From: Alphaproteobacteria bacterium
Lineage (GTDB): Bacteria; Pseudomonadota; Alphaproteobacteria; RF32; CAG-239
DNA length: 58,249 nt
Assembly (NCBI GenBank): GCA_017961285.1
Contig: JAGCXO010000032.1
Span: 1 to 58,249 of the forward strand
Direction of reading: 5' to 3'
Below are positions 9,647-19,127 of the stretch, one piece after another; within the stretch, counting starts at the first letter, position 1, and each line of letters opens with the position of its first letter. The translations under genes and the position numbers were made by a program. The notes below the pieces were generated by a model. The model made no database searches, was not told the origin of the DNA, and saw only the letters and a program-made list of their open reading frames with translations.

Positions 9647-10204
9647 TTATAGTTTGGTTAGTTTTAGGGCAATTTGTTCAGCCATTTGGTTGATGAGCTG
9701 ACTTTGGGCTTTGACAACATTGTTCAAATTGTCATCTACTGGCTCGCTGAAACGGCTGCGACCTTGATAGATGATATTACCGTTTTTGAAAATTGTCCAC
9801 CACGAATCAAGCGCAACTTGTTGGTTTAGGGTAATGTCAAATTTGCTGATTTCTACGCTGATTGTATAATCAAAATTTTCAGATATATATGTTTTGGGTT
9901 TTATGGTTGCTTTGGGCATATATAATGACATGTCGTCGGCCAAAATTCTGGAAATTGCATAACTCAACGGCTCTGCCCAGCGGTTGAATTCAGAAATTTT
10001 GAGTTCTGATGAGTCTGCTTCTTGCATCACCATTTGCGGGCGATCGGCATATTTTGGGACAATAACTTCATCTATACCGACAGTTATATTTTTTTGTGAA
10101 ATGACAACATCTTGGCTTGCGGCTTGCAAGTGGTAAAATGTCGAAGGTTTGCTTATGCCGCAACCGGCGAGCAGTAAAACAAATAGAAATACGATTTTTT
10201 TCAT
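9647..10204 (-). CDS. PqiC-like ABC transport auxiliary lipoprotein
   Basis: LLAGC lipobox; VIVPKYADRPQMV..SEFNRWAEPL. Confidence 0.85.
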   Translation of the reverse strand: MKKIVFLFVLLLAGCGISKPSTFYHLQAASQDVVISQKNITVGIDEVIVPKYADRPQMVMQEADSSELKISEFNRWAEPLSYAISRILADDMSLYMPKATIKPKTYISENFDYTISVEISKFDITLNQQVALDSWWTIFKNGNIIYQGRSRFSEPVDDNLNNVVKAQSQLINQMAEQIALKLTKL

Positions 10205-10207
10205 TTT

Positions 10208-10978
10208 TTAATATCCTCCTTTTCCTCTTAACAGCGCTTCGGGGTGACGTTCCATATAGTCGGCAAAATTGCCCAAAGTTTTGGCGGCCGATGAAATGTT
10301 TTGCATAGCTTGGTTGAAGCTATCCAAAGTTGTCGGAATATTGCGTGTTCTATCCGGAACAACCGAAAAATCGCTGACAAGTTTTTGCATTTGCGGCACA
10401 ACGTCATGGTTGAGACTGTCCAAAAACATATTGACTTTTTTGAAAGTTTCTCGGAGCGGAATTTCTTGTATGCCTTGAGAAATTTCGGCCATTTGCGAGA
10501 GAACAGTCGGAATTTCGGGGCGGTTATCTTCTGTGTGAGCTCTATATGTTGCTTTGTCTTCCTCTGGTATAAATTCCAGCTCTATCATAAGCTGTCCGGT
10601 GAGATAATTTTGGGTTGCAAGCCGCGCTCTCAAACCTTTGGCGACCAATTCTTTCAAAACCTGCCGAGCACTTTTACGAGGCTGTTTCGAGGTCAATTTT
10701 TTGGCACTGAATGAAACATATACCGGAATGCTGAAGTTTAGATCCTGCAAATCAGTTATAATATCTATTTTTGCCACTTTGCCGATAGATACACCTTTAA
10801 AAACTACCGGAGAACCTACATCTAAACCTTTTATGGATTCGGAAAAGTGCATTACCACCAAGTTTTTGTCGTTGCTTACTATCTTTTCGGATACAAACAT
10901 ACCGATAATTGCGGCAAATAAGGCTATTCCGCTGATGATAAAAAGACCTATCAGTTTGTTATTTGGTTTTTTGCGCAT
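10208..10978 (-). CDS. MCE/MlaD-family protein
   Basis: N-terminal TM; SIKGLDVGSPVVFKGVSIGKV; C-terminal ERHPEALLRGK. Confidence 0.9.
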   Translation of the reverse strand: MRKKPNNKLIGLFIISGIALFAAIIGMFVSEKIVSNDKNLVVMHFSESIKGLDVGSPVVFKGVSIGKVAKIDIITDLQDLNFSIPVYVSFSAKKLTSKQPRKSARQVLKELVAKGLRARLATQNYLTGQLMIELEFIPEEDKATYRAHTEDNRPEIPTVLSQMAEISQGIQEIPLRETFKKVNMFLDSLNHDVVPQMQKLVSDFSVVPDRTRNIPTTLDSFNQAMQNISSAAKTLGNFADYMERHPEALLRGKGGY

Positions 10979-11735
10979 CTTTTTGTTTTCCTCTGGTTAA
11001 AAATTGATAAACTGTTTCATTGGGCGGATTTTTCAGCATTTCGACGGGATTGCCCTGTCCGACAATCGATTTGCTGGTGCCATCCAAAAAAATCGAATTG
11101 TTGCCAATGGCAAATATTGAGGCAAGTTCGTGAGTTACAATAACAATGGTTGTGCCGAGACTGTGATTTATATCCAAAATCAAATCATCTAACAATTTTG
11201 AACTGATTGGATCGAGCCCGGCTGATGGCTCGTCAAAATATACAATTTCAGGATCTAGAGCCAAAGCTCTTGCCAAGCCGGCGCGCTTTTTCATACCGCC
11301 GCTGATTTCTGACGGATAGTATTCTTCAAAACCGGCAAGCCCTACCAATGCCAGTTTTAGTGATACCAGTTCTTTAATTTGCTCATCCGTGTAATCTCGG
11401 TATAGTTGCAAAGGCAAAGCAACATTTTCCGCCAAAGTCATGGAGCTGAATAAGGCGCCGCTTTGATATAAAATCCCGCTGTCTTGCATTATTTGTTTTT
11501 TTTGCTGTTGGTTTGTGCCGGTAAAATTTTTCCCGTTTATGAAAATTTTGCCGCTTATGGGAGGGACCAATCCCGTCAATACCCGAAGAAGACTGCTTTT
11601 TCCGCAGCCGGAACCGCCCATAATCACAAAAATGTCATGCTTATTAACATTAAAGTTAATTTCTTTTAAGAGAATATTATCGCCATATCCGACAGTCAGT
11701 TTTTCTGCTATAATTTGTTTGGTATCATCACTCAT
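10959..11735 (-). CDS. MlaF-like ABC ATP-binding subunit
   Basis: GGSGCGKS, YQSGALFSSMT, ISGGMKKRAGLARALALDP, DEPSAGLDP. Confidence 0.93.
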   Translation of the reverse strand: MSDDTKQIIAEKLTVGYGDNILLKEINFNVNKHDIFVIMGGSGCGKSSLLRVLTGLVPPISGKIFINGKNFTGTNQQQKKQIMQDSGILYQSGALFSSMTLAENVALPLQLYRDYTDEQIKELVSLKLALVGLAGFEEYYPSEISGGMKKRAGLARALALDPEIVYFDEPSAGLDPISSKLLDDLILDINHSLGTTIVIVTHELASIFAIGNNSIFLDGTSKSIVGQGNPVEMLKNPPNETVYQFLTRGKQKDAQKTK

Positions 11736-12850
11736 ATTTCAAGCTCCTGACATATTACGGTGATTATACCGGTCATCACTATCATCCAAATTATGGCCGA
11801 AACAACCGCTTTGGTCGTTGAAACACCGACACTGTCGGCATTGCGTCCGCAATATATGCCATAATAGCAACCGCAAACGGCAATAACAATTCCAAAAACA
11901 AAGCCGTGAAAAATGCCGACCAAAAAGTTATTTAAGCTTATGGCATTAACCGACATCTCATAATATTTTTGTATCGGTATGCCGAGCATGGTTACTCCGA
12001 CAAATCCACCGCCCAACATTCCCATAATATCTGACCACATGGTCAAAATCGGCATGGTAACTACCAAGGCCAGCATACGCGGTGTTACCAAAAAATCTAC
12101 CGGATTTATGCCCATGGTTTTCAGGGCATCAATCTCCTCGTTTACCTGCATTGTGCCGATGGCAGCGGCGTAGGAGGCTCCGGTTCTGCCGGCCATGATT
12201 ATGCCGGTCATTATTGCTCCCATAATGCGTGTCATACCGATGGTGACCAAGCTTGCTACATAGATTTGCGCTCCGAAACTGCTGAGTTGGACGGCACCGA
12301 CAAATGCCAATATCAAACCGACCATAAAGCTTATCAAAGAAACTATCGGCAGAGCATTGAGACTGCAGGCCTCCAATGCGAAAGAAAAATCTATTCCGCG
12401 CATTTGCGATTTTCCGATTATGACTTTGCCAAAGGCCTTGATTGATTGTCCAATAAAAGCCAGCCCTTTGCAAAAACTTTTGTATATATCATAGCCCCAC
12501 GCACCAATTGCCTCCAAACTAAATGACGACTTTTGCTCCGGTGACGGGGGATTGCGATTGACCGCAAATGCCAAATTGATCAGACTGCTCAAGCCTTGCG
12601 GAAAGCTCTTTGGCTCAATATTTATCTTTCGAAAATCGGCAATTTTTATCAACTCAAACAATATAACAACCAAGGTCGAATCCCACTGCCCGAGATTTTT
12701 GGCATCAATAGCAATTTTATTTATGGCACTATTTTTCGCAACATCGTATAAAGCACTTTTTTGCTTTTGGTTATCATATAAAAGATAGTCGCCGGAGAGA
12801 GTTATCTTCAGCAAATCTTTGTTTATTTCATATTTCAAATCTTCATTCAT
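11732..12850 (-). CDS. MlaE-like permease with N-terminal STAS-like domain
   Basis: GRTGASYAAAIGTMQVNEEIDALKTMG; GRNADSVGVSTTKAVV. Confidence 0.93.
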   Translation of the reverse strand: MNEDLKYEINKDLLKITLSGDYLLYDNQKQKSALYDVAKNSAINKIAIDAKNLGQWDSTLVVILFELIKIADFRKINIEPKSFPQGLSSLINLAFAVNRNPPSPEQKSSFSLEAIGAWGYDIYKSFCKGLAFIGQSIKAFGKVIIGKSQMRGIDFSFALEACSLNALPIVSLISFMVGLILAFVGAVQLSSFGAQIYVASLVTIGMTRIMGAIMTGIIMAGRTGASYAAAIGTMQVNEEIDALKTMGINPVDFLVTPRMLALVVTMPILTMWSDIMGMLGGGFVGVTMLGIPIQKYYEMSVNAISLNNFLVGIFHGFVFGIVIAVCGCYYGIYCGRNADSVGVSTTKAVVSAIIWMIVMTGIITVICQELEI

Positions 12851-12897
12851 TACTATAATTTATTATCTTTTATAATTATATCAATGAAAATTGCCTG

Positions 12898-13287
12898 CTA
12901 AACAGCAATATCCTGCAATTTTTTTATAATTTCCTCATCAGCAGGAGGAAATTTGTATTTATTCATATCACTCGCCTTTACCCAAGCAGAATTTTGGTGA
13001 ACATTGAGTTTGATTTTAGCATTTTCGGGAATGGTTACCATATAAACATGGAGACAAAACTCATTTTCGGGATAGCGGTAGGTTGTATCCATTATATGTT
13101 TGCCGACAGTTGCTTCAATATTAAGTTCTTCCCTTAATTCTCTTTTGAGGCATTCTTCAATACTCTCGCCTTCTTCCTGCTTTCCGCCTGGAAATTCCCA
13201 AAGTCCGGCCAAAGGTTTGCCTTCGGGACGTTGTCCGATAAAAATTTTTCCGTCACGGACAATAATTCCTGTGCCTACATCTTTCAT
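12898..13287 (-). CDS. mutT: MutT-like NUDIX hydrolase
   Basis: Nudix box WEFPGGKQEEGESIEECLKRELREEL; start placed at ATG 13287, 1 nt after the gltX stop. Confidence 0.85.
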   Translation of the reverse strand: MKDVGTGIIVRDGKIFIGQRPEGKPLAGLWEFPGGKQEEGESIEECLKRELREELNIEATVGKHIMDTTYRYPENEFCLHVYMVTIPENAKIKLNVHQNSAWVKASDMNKYKFPPADEEIIKKLQDIAV

Positions 13288-13288
13288 A

Positions 13289-14728
13289 TTATGCTCCCAG
13301 TTTTTGCAAAGCTTGTTGAACACGTTTTACGGTCTCTTCTTTACCTAAAATAACCGCAATTTCGGTAGCACCGCCTGATGTAGTTTCTTTTCCGCTCAAG
13401 GCTATGCGCAAGGGATAAAGAATTTGCCCGTTCTTCATTTCATTTGCTACGGCCAAATTTTTCAACTGTTCAAACAGATTTTCGTTGCTCCAATCGGAAA
13501 CGGTTTGCAGTGCAGGCAAAACCAGAGCCAAGGATTTTTTCGCAACTTCGGTATCAGTTTTCATTTTTTTGTTGGTATATAAATCCAATGAATAATCCGG
13601 CATTTGCTCCAAAAAGTCGGTTTGGGCAGCTATATCATTGAATGTTTCGATACGAGGCTGAAGAACGCTACTCAACATCGGCAGATTGAGATTGCGGGTT
13701 AAATATTTTTGATAATAAGGCATTGCCAATTCGTGGAATTTTTCGCTTGAGAGTTCACGAATATAGCAACCGTTCATCCATGTCAATTTTACAATATCAA
13801 AAATAGCCGGCGATTTGTTCAAGCGTTCGGTAGTAAAACATTTTTTGAGTTCCTCAAGTGAAAAAATTTCTTGGTCGGTGCCGGGATTCCAACCCAACAA
13901 GGCAATATAGTTCAAAATTGCTTCGGGTAAATAACCTTTTGCTACCAAATCTTGGAATGAAGCGTCGCCGTTGCGTTTGCTCAATTTGTGCTGGGCATCT
14001 TTCATGACTTGCGGAACGTGAACATAAATCGGCGGTGTCCAACCGAATGCTTCGTAGATAAGATTATATTTCGGAGTTGAGGAAATATATTCATTTCCGC
14101 GAACAACGTGGCTGATTTGCATCAAGTGATCATCAACAACGTTGGCAAAATTGTAGGTCGGTAAACCGTCGGTTTTGAGCAAAACTCCTTCATCAAGTTC
14201 ATCATAATCAATTTCTATATCCCCGTATACTTCGTCATGAAAGTGGGAAACACCTTGTTTGTTGATGGTTTGACGAATGGTGTATGGCTCTCCTTTTGCT
14301 ACGCGGGCTTTTGCTTCTTCTAAAGGAATATGTTTGCAGGGGTCTTTGAATTTGGTCGGAATTTTATTTTCTTCTTCGTCGTTTTCTTCTTCATCATGTG
14401 CGGCACAAAAGCAATAGTGAGCTCCGCCGAGTTCTACCAATTTGTGAGCATATTCCTGATATATTTTCTTTCTTTCCGACTGAATATACGGGCCAAAATC
14501 ACCGCCGATATCAGGACCTTCGTCCCAATCCATATGAACAGTTTTGAGAGTATTGTAAATGATGTCGGTAGAGCCTTCAACATAACGCTTTTGGTCAGTA
14601 TCTTCAATGCGCAACAAAAAATCTCCGCCTTGAGATTTGGCAATTAAATACTCATATAAAGCCGTGCGCAAGTTGCCTATGTGCATATATCCGGTTGGTG
14701 ATGGTGCAAAACGTGTTCGTATTTTCAT
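13289..14728 (-). CDS. gltX: Glutamate--tRNA ligase
   Basis: RTRFAPSPTG, HIGN, RIEDTD, KLSKR. Confidence 0.97.
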   Translation of the reverse strand: MKIRTRFAPSPTGYMHIGNLRTALYEYLIAKSQGGDFLLRIEDTDQKRYVEGSTDIIYNTLKTVHMDWDEGPDIGGDFGPYIQSERKKIYQEYAHKLVELGGAHYCFCAAHDEEENDEEENKIPTKFKDPCKHIPLEEAKARVAKGEPYTIRQTINKQGVSHFHDEVYGDIEIDYDELDEGVLLKTDGLPTYNFANVVDDHLMQISHVVRGNEYISSTPKYNLIYEAFGWTPPIYVHVPQVMKDAQHKLSKRNGDASFQDLVAKGYLPEAILNYIALLGWNPGTDQEIFSLEELKKCFTTERLNKSPAIFDIVKLTWMNGCYIRELSSEKFHELAMPYYQKYLTRNLNLPMLSSVLQPRIETFNDIAAQTDFLEQMPDYSLDLYTNKKMKTDTEVAKKSLALVLPALQTVSDWSNENLFEQLKNLAVANEMKNGQILYPLRIALSGKETTSGGATEIAVILGKEETVKRVQQALQKLGA

Positions 14729-14738
14729 TTTTTATTCC

Positions 14739-16403
14739 TTATGACTTGATTAAAACTTTTGCTGCCGCTCTTGCCTCGTCGCTGATTTTTTCACCGGCAA
14801 GCATGCGGGCGATTTCTTCTTCGCGTTCTTTAGAAGATAAGAGCGTGATATAGGTGGTGGTTATATTGTTTTCTGTTTGTTTGAATACCTTAAAATGACT
14901 TTGTCCGCAAGCGGCAACCTGCGGTGAGTGAGTTACTACCAAAACTTGTTCTTTTTCTGCCAAATCACGCAAGCGAGTGCCAACGGCTTGGGCGGTGGCA
15001 CCGCCGATGCCGGCATCCACTTCGTCAAATATCATGGTTTTTTGTTCTTTGTCGGCGGCAAGATTAACTTTGAGTGCCAGCATAAAGCGTGCTAATTCTC
15101 CGCCGGATGCAATTTTGTTCAAAGGCCCTTGCGGAGAATTCGGATTGGTAGAAACCGTGAACGAAACATTATCTGTTCCAAAAGAATTCCATTGGCTTTC
15201 CGGCAATTCTTCGATTTTGGTAATGAAAGTTGCTTTTTCCATTTTGAGCGGTGGCAGCTCTGCCATAACTTTTTCATCTAATTTACTTGCCGCTTGATGA
15301 CGGAGTTTGCTCAACTCTTTGGCTGATTGCAGATATTGAAGGCGCATTTTTTCTTCTATTTTACTGAGTTCCAGTAAATTATCTTCTCCATTTTCAATGG
15401 TGGCAAGTTTTTCTTGCATTTCTTGTAATTTTTGCGGAAGATCATCAATCGAAACCTGATGTTTGCGCGCGGCAGAGCGCAGAGCAAAAAGCCTTTGTTC
15501 TATTTGATCTGCCTCGTTGGCATTATAACTCAGGCCTGCTGTTGCATCTTCTATCTGGCGGACAGATTCATCAAGATTTATAATAGATTGTTCTAAAGTA
15601 TCGGCAATTTCACCATATTTGTTATCCAACAGGTTGTTGATGCGACTGATTGCGTTCTCGGCACGGCGGATTGAGGAAAAAATATCATATTCCTGCGTCA
15701 AGGAAGAATATGCCAAATTAAAACTTTCCATTATTTTTTCGGAATTCATAATTTCGGTGCGGCGTTTGCTTAAACTTTCTTCTTCACCGAGCACCGGTTT
15801 TAGCTTTTGCAATTCGTCAACCCAGGCTTTCAAATTATCTTCTTCCTGTCTTGAATGTTCAAGCTGTTGCAAAGCTTTTATACGGTTGTTCACGGCTTGT
15901 TTATACTGATTATAAAAATTTTTAACTTGCTCAAGTTTTGCAGGATAATTTCCGTAGTTATCAAGTATGCCAATATGGTTTGCCTGATTAAGCAGGCCTT
16001 GATTGTCAAACTGACCGTGAATTTCAACAAGTTCGGAGGCAAATTCTTTGAGTAATTTAAGTGATACGGGCTGGTCATTGATAAATATTTTGCTCTTGCC
16101 ATCAGCGCTTAAACTTCTTTTGATGATTATCGAGCCGTCAATTTCGATATCGTTTTCTTTGGCAATTGTATTTATGTTGCTTTTTGATGAAGGAGCTGAA
16201 AATGTGGCGGTTACAGAAAGCTTGTCGGTGCCGTTGCGGATTAAATCGACATCAGCGCGGTTCCCCATAACCAATCCGAGAGCCCCCAACAATATTGATT
16301 TTCCGGCGCCGGTTTCGCCGCTTAGAATAGTAAAACCGGATGTAAAATCTACATCCAGTTTTTCAATCAAGACAAAGTTGCGAACCGACAGACTTTCGAG
16401 CAT
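14739..16403 (-). CDS. recN: DNA repair protein RecN
   Basis: SGETGAGKSI, EIHGQFD, ASGGELARFMLALK, IFDEVDAGIGG. Confidence 0.97.
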   Translation of the reverse strand: MLESLSVRNFVLIEKLDVDFTSGFTILSGETGAGKSILLGALGLVMGNRADVDLIRNGTDKLSVTATFSAPSSKSNINTIAKENDIEIDGSIIIKRSLSADGKSKIFINDQPVSLKLLKEFASELVEIHGQFDNQGLLNQANHIGILDNYGNYPAKLEQVKNFYNQYKQAVNNRIKALQQLEHSRQEEDNLKAWVDELQKLKPVLGEEESLSKRRTEIMNSEKIMESFNLAYSSLTQEYDIFSSIRRAENAISRINNLLDNKYGEIADTLEQSIINLDESVRQIEDATAGLSYNANEADQIEQRLFALRSAARKHQVSIDDLPQKLQEMQEKLATIENGEDNLLELSKIEEKMRLQYLQSAKELSKLRHQAASKLDEKVMAELPPLKMEKATFITKIEELPESQWNSFGTDNVSFTVSTNPNSPQGPLNKIASGGELARFMLALKVNLAADKEQKTMIFDEVDAGIGGATAQAVGTRLRDLAEKEQVLVVTHSPQVAACGQSHFKVFKQTENNITTTYITLLSSKEREEEIARMLAGEKISDEARAAAKVLIKS

Positions 16404-16406
16404 AGA

Positions 16407-17156
16407 CTATCCTTTGATGAGAGATGCTGATTTGGCTGTCCAATCACCTTTGGGATAATTATATTCCAAAATTTTATATGCGTTCGAAGCTTCGCTCTTC
16501 ATGCCTAGGAGAGTATAAATTTCTATCTGACGGTATAAAGCTTCTTCTATGTATTTTGTTGTTTGGTAATTGTTAACAACGTTGGAAAATCTGTTCAATG
16601 CCGAAAGATAGTTATGTTGTTTTAGGTAAAAACGTCCGACTTCCATTTCTTGTCCGGCGAGGTTGTCTTTGGTAAAAATAATTTTTTGTCTGGCATCCGG
16701 CGCATATTTTGACATTGGGAAACGTCTTACCAGCTGCTCAAGTGCTTTCATTGCTTTTTGAGTTTTTCCTTGATCACGATTAACATCGGAAATTTGGTCA
16801 AAATAGCAAATTGCTTTCAGATAATAGGCATAAGCAATATTTTCGTTGCCGGGGTGAAAACGGATGAAACGATCAAGCGACATTACCGCTTCATCATAAT
16901 TCTCGGCCTTATAATGTGAATATGCTCCCATCAATTTGGCCTCGGTTGCCCATTTGGAATATGGATATTCAAGCTCAACTTTTTCAAAAGTTTCGGCAGC
17001 TTTTTTATATTTTGTTTTGGCTAGTTGTTTGTGGGCTTTGTTATATAAACGCTCCACGGAAAGATGCTCATCTTGGTCTTCTTTTTCGGTTGAAGCACAA
17101 GAACTCAGCATTGATATTGCTATAAAAGCAAAGAGAAATAATTTTATTTTTGCCAT
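16407..17156 (-). CDS. bamD: Outer membrane assembly lipoprotein BamD
   Basis: Lipobox LSSC; TPR-like repeats; EMEVGRFY; start placed at ATG 17156. Confidence 0.93.
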   Translation of the reverse strand: MAKIKLFLFAFIAISMLSSCASTEKEDQDEHLSVERLYNKAHKQLAKTKYKKAAETFEKVELEYPYSKWATEAKLMGAYSHYKAENYDEAVMSLDRFIRFHPGNENIAYAYYLKAICYFDQISDVNRDQGKTQKAMKALEQLVRRFPMSKYAPDARQKIIFTKDNLAGQEMEVGRFYLKQHNYLSALNRFSNVVNNYQTTKYIEEALYRQIEIYTLLGMKSEASNAYKILEYNYPKGDWTAKSASLIKG

Positions 17157-17157
17157 T

Positions 17158-18012
17158 TTACACCACTTTATAATTAGAATTATCACTAAACAATTTTTTT
17201 AATACTTCGTTATTATGAAAATGTCCAGTCTTGTCGGCATTTAATGCCCCGATTATAAAATATCCCGAAGAATACATATCGCCTATGGCATCCAAAACTT
17301 TGTGATTTACACATTCAAATTTGTGTTTCATACCGTCGGGATTGAGCACACTGTCACCGTCCAAAACAAGCGCATTGTCAAGACTTCCGCCCTTTATCAG
17401 ACCGATTGATTGGAGATAGTCTATTTGTGTTTTTTCGCAAAATGTGCGGCATTGCGCAATCTCCGTAACAAATATTTTTTCATCAATAAGACCGTGAAAC
17501 TCTTGATGTCCGACAATCTTTGAGGGAAATTCTATCGTAAAGTCAATTTTCAGCCCTTCATCAAAAGGTGATAGGGTAATTTTGTTGTTTTTATTATCTA
17601 TAAACTCCACTTCTTTCAAGATTTTTAAGTATTTGCGCGGAGCGTTTTGTTTGGTTAGCGGGATTTTCTTTAGGGTTTGGTATAAAAACTCTGCGCTGCC
17701 GTCCAAAATCGGAATCTCCGGATTTGAGACTTCTATCAACGCATTATCAATGCCCAAAATATATAGCGCAGACATTAAGTGTTCAATTGTGCTTATCAAG
17801 TTGCCATGATTGTCGGCCAAACAAGTGCAGTTACGCGTATCTTTTACATTTGAATATAGTGCGGAAACAGGCTCGGCATCAGAAATATCTGAGCGTTTGA
17901 AGATTATACCGGTGTTTTCTTCTGCCGGTTTTATAACCAATTTTGACGGTAAGCCGGAATGAAGGCCAACTCCGTTTATTTCTACTGATTTTGATAATGT
18001 CTGTTGTTGCAT
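17158..18012 (-). CDS. lpxC: UDP-3-O-acyl-GlcNAc deacetylase
   Basis: GVGLHSG, STIEHLMSAL, EIPILDGSA, HKVLDAIGD. Confidence 0.97.
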   Translation of the reverse strand: MQQQTLSKSVEINGVGLHSGLPSKLVIKPAEENTGIIFKRSDISDAEPVSALYSNVKDTRNCTCLADNHGNLISTIEHLMSALYILGIDNALIEVSNPEIPILDGSAEFLYQTLKKIPLTKQNAPRKYLKILKEVEFIDNKNNKITLSPFDEGLKIDFTIEFPSKIVGHQEFHGLIDEKIFVTEIAQCRTFCEKTQIDYLQSIGLIKGGSLDNALVLDGDSVLNPDGMKHKFECVNHKVLDAIGDMYSSGYFIIGALNADKTGHFHNNEVLKKLFSDNSNYKVV

Positions 18013-18034
18013 TTTTCTCTCCTTATAAGAAAAA

Positions 18035-18430
18035 CAGGCAGCCTGTAAGCCGGGTTCTGTATTCCACTATCTTTGCGCAGCAAAGGTTGGAATGATAGTC
18101 ATTCATCTTGGCGAAACATTGCTGCAACGCTCATCGCGACCTACCTCTGGAGTGGAGTGGAAACGCCCCATGTAACTTTTATTAAAAAAGCTCTCCTAAC
18201 TTGGTCTTGCTTCAAACAGGGTTTACCTATGCCAAAATTATTGCTAATTTTGCGGTGAGCTCTTACCTAGCCTTTTCAACCTTACCAAAGCAGTGTTTGG
18301 CGGTAATTTTCTGCGGCACTTTCCCTTGGATTGCTCCAGCCAGACGTTATCTGGTGTTTTGTTTCCATAAAGCCCGGACTTTCCTCATCCGCGGATTTTA
18401 CCTTCCGTAATGCGACTATCCGGCTGCCTG
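18035..18430 (-). ncRNA. rnpB: RNase P RNA, class A
   Basis: Minus strand: CAGGCAGCCGGAUAGUCGC..GAGGAAAGUCCGGGC..ACAGAACCCGGCUUACAGGCUGCCUG; the ends pair to form P1. Confidence 0.96.
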
Positions 18431-18590
18431 TGTATAAAATTAGTATATTCACAAGGAAAAGCAAGAAAATTTTTGTTTTTTATAAAAAAAATATCATTTT
18501 CTTGTATCCCTTTGTGTGCATGACTTTGAAGAGTGTTTTGCTCGTAAAAATACAGAACAAACAAAGAACATCGAGAAAAAAACTAAAATT

Positions 18591-18625
18591 TCCCATTGAT
18601 TCCCAAAAAATCCCATGCTATACCA
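18591..18625. promoter_or_regulatory. MraZ-binding direct repeats
   Basis: TCCCA at 18591, 18601, 18611 and TACCA at 18621 (10-bp period; TGGGA on the minus strand), upstream of mraZ. Confidence 0.8.
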
Positions 18626-18661
18626 TAGGAAGTTGTCAACTAATTTAACAAGGAATCGGCT

Positions 18662-19126
18662 TTGAGAAAGACTTTTCTCTTTATGGATACAGTAGTCAAT
18701 AAGGTGGACGCCAAAGGGCGCGTCTCATTGCCTTCAGACTATCGTGCAATTGTTAAAGAATTATCAACGGAGATTGTTTGTTATCGCAGCCTTACTTCTC
18801 CTTGCATTGAGGGCTGTGCCGAAGAATTGCTTGAAAAAATTGCCGCAGATATGGAAACCTCACTTGATTTCTTTTCGCAAACACAAGATGAGCTTACTAA
18901 CTTGATTTTTGGTGATGCCAGAAGATTTTCTTTTGACAGCACCGGTAGAATTTTGCTCTCTGAAAAATTGTTAAAACATGCTCAAATCACAGACACTGCA
19001 GTTTTTGTCGGTAAAGGAAGAAAATTCCAAATTTGGAATCCGGAAAATTGGGCAAAAGAAGAAAAGAGGATTCGTAAAGAGATTGCATTAAAAAGACCAT
19101 CTTTAACAATGAAAGGCGGCAACTAG
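18662..19126 (+). CDS. mraZ: Transcriptional regulator MraZ
   Basis: NKVDAKGRVSLP, DSTGRILL, VFVGKGRKFQIWNP; TTG start with an AAGGA Shine-Dalgarno. Confidence 0.95.
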   Translation: MRKTFLFMDTVVNKVDAKGRVSLPSDYRAIVKELSTEIVCYRSLTSPCIEGCAEELLEKIAADMETSLDFFSQTQDELTNLIFGDARRFSFDSTGRILLSEKLLKHAQITDTAVFVGKGRKFQIWNPENWAKEEKRIRKEIALKRPSLTMKGGN

Positions 19127-19127
19127 A

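Noticed and set aside
18073-18648. Short ORFs over rnpB
   Set aside because: Explained by the RNase P RNA and its promoter region.
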